A DNA stretch of 63,306 nt, counting the filler, from Octopus bimaculoides (taxonomy: Eukaryota): NCBI RefSeq assembly GCF_001194135.2. It is 7 parts of 5 records of this genome, joined end to end, with 100 filler letters (N's around TTAATTAATTAA, not from the genome) between each part and the next. Parts side by side here need not be neighbours in the genome. Positions count along the whole stretch, not along the records: positions 50,492 to 55,501 come from NC_068983.1; positions 55,602 to 57,393 come from NC_068990.1; positions 57,494 to 61,439 come from NC_069010.1; positions 61,540 to 63,306 come from NW_026332749.1; 3 more parts are not named here. The stretch is one strand, 5' to 3'. The notes under the pieces were generated by a model. It was not told where the DNA came from. It saw only the letters and a program-made list of their open reading frames with translations, and did no database searches. This document shows positions 50,665 through 63,020 of this stretch, piece by piece. How positions within the stretch are numbered: position 1 is the stretch's first letter; each line of letters opens with the position of its first letter. A program made the position numbers and the translations under genes.

Positions 50665-51400
50665 ATTTTAGGCATTGGACTGCGGCCATGGTGAGGTATA
50701 CCTTGCAGGGTTTAGTCGAACAAATTTTTAAATGTTCAATTTATTTTATTCGACTTTTTTTTCGAACCTTAAGTTACGAAGAAGTAAACAGTTGTCAAGT
50801 AGTGGCCAAACACAAACAGATATAGATACATACATATATATACATATACAAGTATATGTTTATATTTTATTATCGATCCCGAAAGGATAAACGGCAAAGT
50901 AGACCCCAGCAGCATTTGAACTCAGAACGTAAAGGTTAAGCATTCTACCCGACATAATAACGATTCTGTCAGCTGACCGCCTTAAAGGATTGTTATATTA
51001 TTTTCTACTCTAGGCACAAGGCCCGAAATTTTTGGGGAGGGGCCAGTCGATTAGATCGACCTCAGTACGCTGCTGGTACTTAATCTATCGATCCCCAAAA
51101 GGATGAAAAGCAAAGCCGACCTCTGCAGAATTTGAACTCAGTACGTGAAGACAGACGAACAACTGCTAAGTATTTCGCCCGGCGTGCTAACGTTCCTGCC
51201 AGCACGCCACCTTGAAGTATTGTTATATTGATAGGCAGAGTCGTTATAGACTCAGACAAATTCCCTGCATGCATTTGGTCCGATTCTTTACGTCGTCTGT
51301 CTAAAACCCAACTCGCCCAGCTTCGCTTTCATCTTTCCGAGGTCTATTAAATAAAGTACCGGCCCAGTACTTGGGGGTGATAAAATAAACGAGCTGTTCT
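50665..51400. mobile_element. SINE cluster: B 3' half (-, about 50665-50830), A (-, about 50868-50985), A (-, about 51008-51213), degenerate A (+, about 51290-51400)
   Basis: Family motifs as above. Confidence 0.75.
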
Positions 51401-51590
51401 GTCCTTATTGCCTACGTTAGTAACCATTATCAATTTTATTACTGTTGTCGAACTGTTCCTAAAAGTGCCGACATCTAGGGAAGTTCTCTACATATCACAA
51501 TTACAAATTTTACAAACTATGTTCTCATTTCGAATGCTACTATCCCCAAAGCATACAACCACTACAAATAATACTAGTAGCAGCAGTAAC

Positions 51591-51651
<61 letters not shown>

Positions 51652-51832
51652 TATTCAAGTTTTCAATTAAATGATATATTGCTGCTCCACACACTGTACG
51701 GAATTTTATGTCTATTACATCTGGATAGCATTGGTAAGATGAGTGGACGATAATTCCTGATAGCTTCCACTAATTCCGAATGGTTTATTTCTGTAACACA
51801 CAGACACACAGAGACACACACACACACTCACA

Positions 51833-51901
<69 letters not shown>

Positions 51902-52451
51902 NNNNNNNNNNNNNNNNNNNNNNNNNNNNNNNNNNNNNNNNNNNNNNNNNNNNNNNNNNNNNNNNNNNNNNNNNNNNNNNNNNNNNNNNNNNNNNNNNNN
52001 NNNNNNNNNNNNNNNNNNNNNNNNNNNNNNNNNNNNNNNNNNNNNNNNNNNNNNNNNNNNNNNNNNNNNNNNNNNNNNNNNNNNNNNNNNNNNNNNNNNN
52101 NNNNNNNNNNNNNNNNNNNNNNNNNNNNNNNNNNNNNNNNNNNNNNNNNNNNNNNNNNNNNNNNNNNNNNNNNNNNNNNNNNNNNNNNNNNNNNNNNNNN
52201 NNNNNNNNNNNNNNNNNNNNNNNNNNNNNNNNNNNNNNNNNNNNNNNNNNNNNNNNNNNNNNNNNNNNNNNNNNNNNNNNNNNNNNNNNNNNNNNNNNNN
52301 NNNNNNNNNNNNNNNNNNNNNNNNNNNNNNNNNNNNNNNNNNNNNNNNNNNNNNNNNNNNNNNNNNNNNNNNNNNNNNNNNNNNNNNNNNNNNNNNNNNN
52401 NNNNNNNNNNNNNNNNNNNNNNNNNNNNNNNNNNNNNNNNNNNNNNNNNNN

Positions 52452-52488
<37 letters not shown>

Positions 52489-52899
52489 TACCACTTATTA
52501 ATAAATATGTATGCATGTATAAATAATAGGATACATTTCTTCATTTATTTTGTTTTATATGTGTGTACGGGTACTTCTGTGACCGTATATATATAAACAG
52601 AGAAGCACACATGTGTGTATGTGTGTGTGTGTATATATATATATATACAGGTAGGTATGTATGTTTTAATAATCAAAGAAATAAATTCTATCATGGTAGC
52701 TTTTAGCAGACATTTCTGCAAGAGCACAATACCGTTTATATTATCATGCTGAGTTGACTTACTCTTAAAAACTCTTTGGAATACAGTGAAATATTGGAAA
52801 AATATGCTAAATTGAATATAGCTAAAGATATCCAAACTTCTCTGACTAGTTCTGTATGTATGTATGTATGTATTTATGTATGTATGTATGTATGTATCC

Positions 52900-52964
<65 letters not shown>

Positions 52965-53077
52965 CCTACCTACCTATCTATTTCAGAATGGACACATGCA
53001 TGTATTTGCATATACATAGATAGATAGACAGACAGACAGACAGACTGACTGACTGACTAACTGACAGACAGACAGAC

Positions 53078-53127
<50 letters not shown>

Positions 53128-54655
53128 GTTTCTTTATTGGCCACACAGGGCTGAATACAGAGGGGACAAAATACAAAGCAGAGCCTTCTTTTGGGGAAGA
53201 AGAGAGGAAACGAAAGGAAAAAAGTGGGTTGAATTCCGATCAAAAAGGATCGTGAAAAAAAAAGTAGGATGATCAATAGGGACCATGTATCACAGAAATG
53301 TCAATGTAAAAAAGGAAAACAGATTAAGTTTATCCGTGGAAAGAAAAGCCTACGGAAAAGACCACGGGAACCTTGGGCAATAGTGTAATGCAAAAAAAAC
53401 ACATTATAGTAAGTGACTCTCTTTTTTCCTTTCTTTTTTTGTGGCGGGGGGGGGCCATAGGATTGTGCTCAAGCTCGCTCCGTCATTCACACGTGCCATC
53501 CTTGCTACATTCACCCATCTTTTTTTGAAGCATTCACTAGACAAAACATCCCTCTCTACTCTCACCTTCCTCTTCAAGTAATACTTGAAGAAGTTGATGA
53601 GAGATTGGCCAGAGAGGAAAGTGTTTGTCTCTACACCTTTAAGATGCGTCCACCATACACATTCTTTCACCATAGCCACAAGTACGATGAAAATGGCTCT
53701 TACTTCCCGTTTCAAGGAAGGAGGCGTGACGATATTCACGATAGACTCGGTTGATAAACCGACTCGTCCCACACGCGATAGCAGTCGTTCGACATAGGCC
53801 CACAGGCTGGAAATGGTTAGACACTGCACGGGTGCGTGCAAGATAGTTTCGTTGCTCTGACCGCATCTCGGACAGGTCGACCCCGTGTTTCTCGAGCTAT
53901 ACCAATAGAGCTTATCCCCAACGAGTAGCGCTTCTCGACAGCGCTGCCAGGTCAGGGATCTCTGGAAGTTGCCATAGGTCTCGGCCTGAAAGTCATCTTA
54001 AACAAGCGTCGACGCCCCCGAAATCGTCGTCGTACCTTCCCTCCACTAATCCCCTATAGAATGCTTTGGTTGTGTTGAAGTTGCTCAAGGTCGACCCGGG
54101 ACGGCATAGTTGCTTCAGAGCAACGCGACACTCGTGGTGCCATTCGCCCTTCTTCAGCCTCTTTTTGATCCACGACTGCAGTTTGATCATAGAGACTAGC
54201 TGCGGGAAAGCGCAACTCACAAACGGGGACCACAACTTTTCACCGTCGTCTACGTAGAGCCGGAGATGTAGCAATCTCAGCGCGTCTGCGCATCATCAAC
54301 CACGGCATGCCCAGCGCTCCTATTAACGGGTGTTGGTAGCAAACGGATCGCCTGACCATCGGAACGCATCTTTTCCACAAGAAGCGGAAGACAATGCGTT
54401 CTAGTTTTGTGATGGTAGGGTAAGGACAAGGCACGACGTCAGGCAGTAGTAGATGACAGACGCAATGTACGTGTTCGCCACCTCTACTCGACCTTTTAGG
54501 GACAGCTTCCTCTCGGCTCATTGCTGGGCGAGAGTGACCACCCTACTCGTTATCTCGTTCCAGTTCTTCTCCGTTTGGAGGTCCGGACCAAACCAGACCC
54601 CGAGCAACTCGACCGGACCGTCGGACCAGCGTACCACGACGGAGGCGCTGGTGGA
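53128..54655 (-). mobile_element. 5'-truncated L1/Tx1-like LINE: RT C-terminus, CCHC zinc knuckle, 3' UTR, AATAAA and (TATC)n tail
   Basis: PVELLGVWFG; LSLKGRVEVANTYIAS; FRFLW...VRR...GALGMPWL; CPRCGQSNETILHAPVQC. Frameshifts and stops are present. Confidence 0.9.
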
Positions 54656-54794
54656 CCAAAATAGTCAACAGTCAGTCACCACATGTGAGTGGGGCATACA
54701 CATATATATGTATCCCCTCACACATACGTACATATATACATATATGTATACGTCCCCCTTACATGTGGTGACAGTGACTGTTGACTATTTTGGT
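54655..54794. repeat. Fold-back inverted repeat (about 45-bp arms) at the LINE truncation point
   Basis: ACCAAAATAGTCAACAGTCA..GTCACCACATGT pairs with ACATGTGGTGACAGTGACTGTTGACTATTTTGGT. Confidence 0.9.
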
Positions 54795-55058
54795 GTGCAT
54801 GTACAACCATCTGTATATGTGCATCTGGACATGCATATGTACTCATCTATCTATGTTTTTGTATCCATAGATATCTATGTATGGTTATGTATACAAGCAC
54901 AGGCATGTATATTGGAGTGTTTATAACTATTTATATGGTTTTATATACTGTTTGTAAGCTTTTTTATGTGCCTTATATTTTTGTATTTTCATTTCATTTT
55001 TCATTTTTTATTTTTTATATTTTTACTTGATTATTTTATATTTGTATTGAATTTTGTA

Positions 55059-55181
55059 AATCTTTGAAGAGGCCTAGCGAATCATGCATGTACCCCCATT
55101 ACATCATCTTTTTCATCTACTAATTACTCTATAGAGATAGAATGGGACATGCCAATCCAAGGCCGAAACAGCTGTAAGTTT
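55059..55181 (+). ncRNA. Type I hammerhead ribozyme-like motif with a long stem II insert
   Basis: Stem I AATCT/AGTTT; core TTGAAGA (55064-55070); stem II GGCCT...AGGCC; GAAAC-AGCT-GTA (55165-55176) with palindromic stem III ACAGCTGT. Confidence 0.7.
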
Positions 55182-55602
55182 CTGCCCCTTCTCTAATTGC
55201 TAAATGACCTTTATATTTGTAACCTTAATTGTTAATATGGCATGGTATGTCATAAGTATCTGTATATTGTGGTTTTTGTCAATTTAGTTATAAAATAAGC
55301 AAATTAATCAATGGAATACTTTGTCTGCAAGTCGATGGATACCGAATATTCTCCTCCATTTTCTCATTGCTATATAAATTTAGGGTAAAATAACCCCCCT
55401 TTTACCCGCACCCACATATTGCACTTGGTATAACACTAGTGTAACAATAATTGGGTACCCTCCCAGCAGTATATTGGATAGATATTATCCCTTAGTTGGT
55501 TNNNNNNNNNNNNNNNNNNNNNNNNNNNNNNNNNNNNNNNNNNNNTTAATTAATTAANNNNNNNNNNNNNNNNNNNNNNNNNNNNNNNNNNNNNNNNNNN
55601 NG

Positions 55603-55882
55603 ACACGCGTACCCTTAACGTAGTTCTCGAGGATATTCAGCATGACACAGTGTGACAAGGCTGACCCTTTGAATTACAGGCACAACAGAAACAGGAAGAA
55701 AGAGTGAGAGAAAGTTGTGGTGAAAGAGTACAGCAGGGTTCACCACCATCCCCTGCCGGAGCCTCGTGGAGCTCTAGGTGTTTTCGCTCAATAAACACTC
55801 ACAACGCCCGGTCTGGGAATCGAAACCGCGATCCTATGACCGCGAGTCCGCTGCTCTAACCACTGGGCCATTGCGCCTCCAC
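55603..55882 (-). mobile_element. SINE family C, young copy; 3' end in a gap
   Basis: Near-identical to 32205-32480. Confidence 0.92.
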
Positions 55883-56109
55883 CTTTATACTGTTAACCTG
55901 GTGAATTTACTCCTATAGTCTTCTCTAACTCAGTCATGAATCATTTATTATCATTATTAGCTATGATAGGTATTTTGCTGCCTAGTCTACTAGGTTCTCA
56001 TTTTATTTTGTCTTTTTTCTGCAGAGAGGCTATATTTGTCTTTTTTCTGCAGAGAGGCTATATTTGTCTTACTGTCGTCTAGTTTATATACTTATCGATA
56101 GTCATTTCA

Positions 56110-56490
56110 TTCGTTGGTTATGAACAAGAGTGGTCATTATGTTCCTTCTTTTTACACTGGTCAAGTTTATTCTACTTTACCTTTATATTGTCCTATAATT
56201 TCTTATATTTTGCTTTGGTATACTATTATGGGTAAATGTGGCAGGGGAATAGGGATGTGGCCGAATAAGGCTCAATTTCTTGGAAGAAGAGATCATAGGA
56301 AAAACTTCGACCAACGACTTGTTTGGAAGATTTTTGTGGTGAATCGCTAGAGCAGAGATATTAGCTTTTCCACATTCAATATAGGTAGAACTTCTATTTT
56401 CCTGAATCTTTGGTTCCAAAAGATCTCCGGCTTACTAATTTTTCTGAACTAGAGCTGGTTACTTTAGTCGAAACAGCCTAAATTAAATAT
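56110..56490 (+). mobile_element. Possible Penelope-like GIY-YIG C-terminal relic followed by a degenerate hammerhead core (56444-56482)
   Basis: FYTGQ; RLNFLEEEI...NDLF...W*IARAEILAFPHS; then CTGA-ACTAGAG-loop-CTTTAGTC-GAAACAGC. Confidence 0.35.
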
Positions 56491-57088
56491 CAAATTTACT
56501 TAAATAATTAAGTTAAATACATATGCCTGTAGTTTAGTACAAATCTGTGCGAATTATAAGCAGTCTAGGGCCTTCAGTATCTCGAAAATCAGTGTTGCAC
56601 CTGTACTTCTATAGAACTGCAATTCATACTCTTCTGAGCCTCTTTTTTTTATTATCCTCAGAAAATTGAAGAGTTATCTATGCAAAGTAATCTGAATAAT
56701 TTAGATGTGATTTGTATTGAATAGTTGTATGCAAAGGAATAGTTCAAAATGAAGATACTGCTAAAATTATCAGAAAGAATAGATCTCATTTGTTCTGTCT
56801 GAACTTCTTCCTTAGTGTGACTATTTTGAGCAAATATTAAAAATCTCATCAAATGTTGGCATTTCACAATCAAATATATTTATTTCAATTACAATATGAA
56901 TTCGCTAAATCAACTTGTTCCATTATCTAGTTTCTCGACCAAGTTTTAGGGCAAAATCTTTATTGTTATATTGTTATTGTGCCTAGAATAGAAAAGTATA
57001 TATATTAATAATATCACAGCTGTAGCGAATAGCTTCCTAGATTCTCAGCCAAGATTCGAAACCAAATCAATATTTTTCTACGAGTCCC

Positions 57089-57393
57089 GGATCTTTTTTA
57101 AAACGGGGGCCACATTTTTCATTAATGTTTTACGTAGTGTTTTTGGTACCGAAAGACTTTCAAACTTCGTATACTTATCTATTTTGTGTTATAGAACAGA
57201 AAAATATTTTTGTATTCGAATTTATTTCATGTAAAAAAATTGTCTTATTTCGATAATTTCGACCAATCACTGACAAGTATTCAGTTGTTTACATTTACTC
57301 CTTTGGCTGATTAAGCCATAGCTTCGTTTTATTTGCTTTTTTCATTTTAAATTTGCTTTTATCATTTGCTTTTTTTTTTCTTCGTTTTATTTG
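57089..57393. mobile_element. Second copy of the GGATCT-TIR MITE (left part; runs into a gap)
   Basis: About 140 bp near-identical to 3728-3869. Confidence 0.85.
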
Positions 57394-57493
57394 NNNNNNN
57401 NNNNNNNNNNNNNNNNNNNNNNNNNNNNNNNNNNNNNTTAATTAATTAANNNNNNNNNNNNNNNNNNNNNNNNNNNNNNNNNNNNNNNNNNNN

Positions 57494-57548
<55 letters not shown>

Positions 57549-57663
57549 GAATGTATATGTGTGTGTGTGTATGTATGAATGAATGTATGTAGGTATGCAT
57601 GCATGTATACATGTATTATGAATGCACGCATGAGTATATATATTCACTTGTATGTTTATATGA

Positions 57664-58090
57664 ATGTATGTATGTCGTTATTCAGCCTTATTTCAAGATT
57701 TCTTGCCAATAGAGAAAGAACCGGTTTCTAACCTAGATCCAAGGCTTCTTCGTTGGAATTTCAACATCAAAAACAGGGTATTTTTGTTTGTATAAATGTA
57801 TATATGTATGTATGCAGATCTGTATGTTTTGCTTTATGTATGTCTTCTCATGCATATAGTTACATGTGTAGACATGCTCATATATATTTAAATGATAAAC
57901 TTCTGAAATGTGTTACAGATTTTGACAGTTCCAGTGATGGATTGGATCTGTAGTCTTCCAAATCAGCTTTCTCCTTTCTGGTTTTGAGAAGCTTAATTTC
58001 TCAAGATGGGTATTTAGGCAGTGGGTTACATATCGCAGGGCCCCAATAATTACAGGTATAAACCTGGATAGAGTAACTGCAGATTTCTCA
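57664..58090 (-). mobile_element. 3' end of a second REL-type (R4/Dong/NeSL-like) LINE within (ATAC)n repeats
   Basis: FIPVIIGALRYVTHCLNTHLEKLSFSKPERRKLI / LQIQSITGTVKICNTFQKFII* carries the same PxxxGAL and LQxxxxxGT motifs as the element at 1-274. Confidence 0.65.
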
Positions 58091-58100
58091 ATAGTGTGTG

Positions 58101-58132
<32 letters not shown>

Positions 58133-58325
58133 TGCATGTATGTTCCTTTTCTCTTTTTAATTTAGAATAAATTTTGACCGGAGTAAGGTTGTAAAGGAAA
58201 ACATCTTATTTTGTTCATTACCTTTAAACCTTAAGAAAGTTTTCCAGATTTTTATAGCCCCAAATATCGTGGTCATTTTGTAGCTTATGTATTAAGGATT
58301 TGCGTTCTCTCCCCCAAGATCCCAA

Positions 58326-58633
58326 GTGGAGTCTGTGGAGTGCTCAGCCACTTGCACGTTAATTCCACAGGCAGGCTGTTCCGTTGATCGGATCAACTGG
58401 AACGCTCGCCGTCGCAAACGACGGAGTATCAGTTATTTCACGTTGCTCCAGAACACTCTACTGGCAAAACAACCTTCTCGCATCCTGTGCCGCGCTGAAT
58501 CTCCCTGAGAACTACGTTAAGGGCATGCATGACTGTGGAGTGGTCATCCACTTGCACGTAAATTTTCAGGAACAGGCTGTTCCGTTAATCGGATCGACTG
58601 GAACCCTCGTCGTCGCAAACGACGGAGTGCCAG
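58326..58633 (+). mobile_element. Two tandem family C 3' tail fragments
   Basis: GTCTGTGGAGTG...CACTTGCACGT...GACGGAGT occurs twice. Confidence 0.85.
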
Positions 58634-59530
58634 CCGAGTGTATAGCGTCAGACATGATGTCTTTACAACTGGCGCTCGCTTGGTTAGATGATTGATGACA
58701 GCTACTAATGATGGGTGTACGTTATCTAAGTATGTGTGTGTGTGTACGTGCATGTGTGTGTGTGTGTGTGTGTGTGTGTATCAGCATGTTTTGACTTGCG
58801 TGGGTGTTAAAATATATTCACACATTCCTACATACATACAGTTGTATTTGACAGCTTATCTGTGTATCTATGTGCGTGTGTGTATGTATGTGTGTCGGTG
58901 GTGTGTGTATGTATGTGTGGTAAGTGTGTGTGACTATGTGACTGTGTGTCTGTATGTGTGTGTACGTGTGTGTGTGTCTGTATGTGTGTACGTACGTATG
59001 TGTCGGTGGTGTGTGTATGATGTGTGTAAGTGTGTGTCTATGTGACTGTGTGTATATATATGTGTGTGTGTGTGCATGCATGTATGTGTGTGTCTGTATG
59101 TGTTTATGTATCTGTACGTGTGTATGTGTGTGTGTCTTTTGTCTTGTGTGTATGTATGTGTATCTGTGTCTGTGTATCTGCATGTATGTATGTATGTATG
59201 TATGTGTGCATGTGTGTGTGGATGTGTGGTTGTGTGATGTGTGCGCGAGTGTGTATCTGTATGTGTTTGAATGTGTGTATGTGTTTGTATTTGTATGTGT
59301 GTATGTGTGTGTGTGTATGTGTGTATCTGTGTTTGTGTGTGTATGTGTGTATGTGTCTCCATGTGAATGTGTGTGTTATGTATCACATGATTAAAACTCC
59401 GGAATGCTTCACATATTTTTACAGTTTTGCTAATGAGCCCCAATTACAATTTCCTAATTAACCGTGACATTTCTGGTTTTCTGAACACAACCTTCGCAAC
59501 GTTTGTGTTGAGGCAAATAGTTACATAATT

Positions 59531-59706
59531 AACCAGGTACCTCAATAATATCCCCAAGTACCCCAATAATAACACCAGGTACTCCAATAATATCACCAAA
59601 TACCCCTATAATATCACCATGTACCCCAGTCATATCACTAAGTACCCCCATAATATCACCAGGCACCCCAATAATATCCCTACGTACCCCAATAATATCA
59701 CTAAGA
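59531..59706. repeat. 21-bp minisatellite, about 8 copies
   Basis: Unit approximately GTACCCCAATAATATCACCAG. Confidence 0.9.
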
Positions 59707-59761
59707 AATAACAAGGACGGGACATTTGGAGTTTTCTTTTGTCAGTTGAGTTCCACATATA

Positions 59762-60071
59762 TATCATCATCATCATCATCATCGTTTAAACGTCCACTTT
59801 CCATGCTAGCATGGGTTGGACGATTTGACTGAGGACTGGTGAAACCAGGTGGCTACACCAGGCTCCAATCTAATTTGGCAGAGTTTCTACAGCTGGATGC
59901 CCTTCCTAACGCCAACCACTCAGAGAGTGTGGTGGGTGCTTTTACGTGTCACCCGCACGAAAACGGCCACGCTCGAAATGGTGTCTTTTATATGCCACCC
60001 GCACAAGAGCCAGTCCAGGGGCACTGGCAACGATCTCGCTCGAAAAGCCTACAAGGCCAGTCAGGCGGTAC
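59762..60071 (-). mobile_element. RTE-tail element (family E)
   Basis: Homologous to 34015-34510; (GAT)n tail on the minus strand. Confidence 0.85.
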
Positions 60072-60229
60072 NNNNNNNNNNNNNNNNNNNNNNNNNNNNN
60101 NNNNNNNNNNNNNNNNNNNNNNNNNNNNNNNNNNNNNNNNNNNNNNNNNNNNNNNNNNNNNNNNNNNNNNNNNNNNNNNNNNNNNNNNNNNNNNNNNNNG
60201 CTAGCCACTACACATTCTTTTTTTTTTTC

Positions 60230-60565
60230 TCTCCTTGTTTCTTTCTGTGTTCCTTTCTGTGGAAGAGCATAGGCTCAAAACATTAAAGACTTTTTCACTT
60301 CCTGAGCGTTATACTAATACATCTGTTTGTTTTCTACACCACCTGTCTTCGTCTTTTGCTTTTTTTTTTGTGAATTCTCCCTATATATGTATATATATAA
60401 ACTGAAAGAAGCCTGTCGTATATATATAAACTGAAAGAAGCCTGTCGTGTATATATATATATATATATATATATATGGGAAAATATACAAATAATAACAA
60501 CAGACGAGGACAGGTGGTGTAAATAACAAAAGGATATATTAGTATGACGCTCGGGAATACGGAAA
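60230..60565. mobile_element. Hammerhead-like repeat (+, core 60257-60285) with an inverted partial copy (-, about 60480-60565)
   Basis: CTGTGGA-A-GAGC-ATAG-GCTC-AAAAC; downstream TTCC(T/C)GAGCGT..TACTAAT..ACACCACCTGTC occurs in both orientations. Confidence 0.55.
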
Positions 60566-60894
60566 TATATATATATATATATATAATGTGTGTGTGTGTT
60601 ATAATTATATACACAAACATACATTAGCATTCATTTGTATAGAGGCATAAGAAAATATTTGTGTAAAACATGAAGTTGCATGTTCATAAAACATACGTTA
60701 ACGTACATTTATAAGAATGTTTATATGTGCGTGGGTGTGTGGGTATGTAAATATATGTGTGTGTATGTGTGTGTGTGTACCCAATAAAAGATATCTGTTT
60801 ATACACGAATGCATTTAACAAATTTGTTTTTCTTTGGATGTTTTGTACTTGAGTATAATAAGGCGTGTCCTCCATGTGTGTGTGTGTGTGTGTG

Positions 60895-61210
60895 TGTTAA
60901 TATAGGGTGTGTGCGTGTGTAAATATAGGGTGTGTGTATGTAAATATAGTGTGAGTATGTGTGCGTAACTATAGTGTGTGTGTGTGTAAATATAGTGTGA
61001 GTGCGTGTGTATAACTATAGTTTGTGTGTATAACTATAGTTTGTGTGTGTGTAAATATAGTGTGTGTGTGTAACTATAGTGTGTGTTTGTATGTACGTAT
61101 AGTGTGTGTGCATGACTATAGTGTGTGTGTGTGTAACTATGGTGTGAGTGTGTGTGTATGTGTAACTATAGTGTGTGTGTGTGTGTAACTATAGTGTGTG
61201 TATATAACTA
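60895..61210. repeat. Minisatellite (AACTATAG/AAATATAG)(TG)n, about 12 variable units
   Basis: Direct inspection. Confidence 0.85.
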
Positions 61211-61800
61211 TTGTGCGTGTGTGTGTAAATATGTGAGAGCGTGGCAGTATGTCTGTGTATATGTATGCGTGTGAAAGCATGTGCGTGTGTGTTTGTAAGT
61301 GTGTGTGTGCGCGTGTGAGTATGCCTATGTGTGTGTATGCGCGTGTATCGAAGCATATCTCTATGCGCGTGTGTGTGTGTGTGTGTGCGTGTGCGCACGT
61401 TTCGTTGAATTACAGCAAATATTCTTCTAATCCTATGGTNNNNNNNNNNNNNNNNNNNNNNNNNNNNNNNNNNNNNNNNNNNNTTAATTAATTAANNNNN
61501 NNNNNNNNNNNNNNNNNNNNNNNNNNNNNNNNNNNNNNNGGTATGCACATACCTGTACGTATATATGCGTATACTCATTTATTATTTGTGTTATATATAT
61601 ACATACATATATATATATATTCATACATACATATACACATATACTCATGCATACTGCAGTACGTTGACGTTCATTTCATATCAGAGATGACAAAAGTATT
61701 ATGAGAAAAGGTAACCTCATGGACAGGCGACTATCCTATACCAGAATACACTTCAAAAGGTACTCTGTGTGTGCGCGTATATATATATACATACATACAT

Positions 61801-61831
<31 letters not shown>

Positions 61832-62469
61832 NNNNNNNNNNNNNNNNNNNNNNNNNNNNNNNNNNNNNNNNNNNNNNNNNNNNNNNNNNNNNNNNNNNNN
61901 NNNNNNNNNNNNNNNNNNNNNNNNNNNNNNNNNNNNNNNNNNNNNNNNNNNNNNNNNNNNNNNNNNNNNNNNNNNNNNNNNNNNNNNNNNNNNNNNNNNN
62001 NNNNNNNNNNNNNNNNNNNNNNNNNNNNNNNNNNNNNNNNNNNNNNNNNNNNNNNNNNNNNNNNNNNNNNNNNNNNNNNNNNNNNNNNNNNNNNNNNNNN
62101 NNNNNNNNNNNNNNNNNNNNNNNNNNNNNNNNNNNNNNNNNNNNNNNNNNNNNNNNNNNNNNNNNNNNNNNNNNNNNNNTATATATATATATATATATAT
62201 GTACGAATTTGTGTGTGTGTGTGTGTGTGTGCTCTCCTTCGTTCGAAAATTTATGAATAGCATATTGGAAGCAAAGTATCTTATAAATAAAAAGAATACG
62301 GAGGTTCTTCAAAGCAACGAAAATATGTTATTAAATGTTGGCTCGGTTAGGTTTCTGTGAAAGATGTAATTCACATTGTTAGAAGTGGCTAAAATATTCA
62401 TCGCCGATATCATCATCTTCCGTCATTTCTTTCAATTATCTTCCTCTGTTATTCCAGGAAAAAAAAAAC

Positions 62470-63020
<551 letters not shown>

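Noticed and set aside
56007-56068. Tandem duplication of about 29 bp (TTTGTCTTTTTTCTGCAGAGAGGCTATAT) resembling twin splice acceptors
   Set aside because: It is a simple local duplication with no supported downstream exon.
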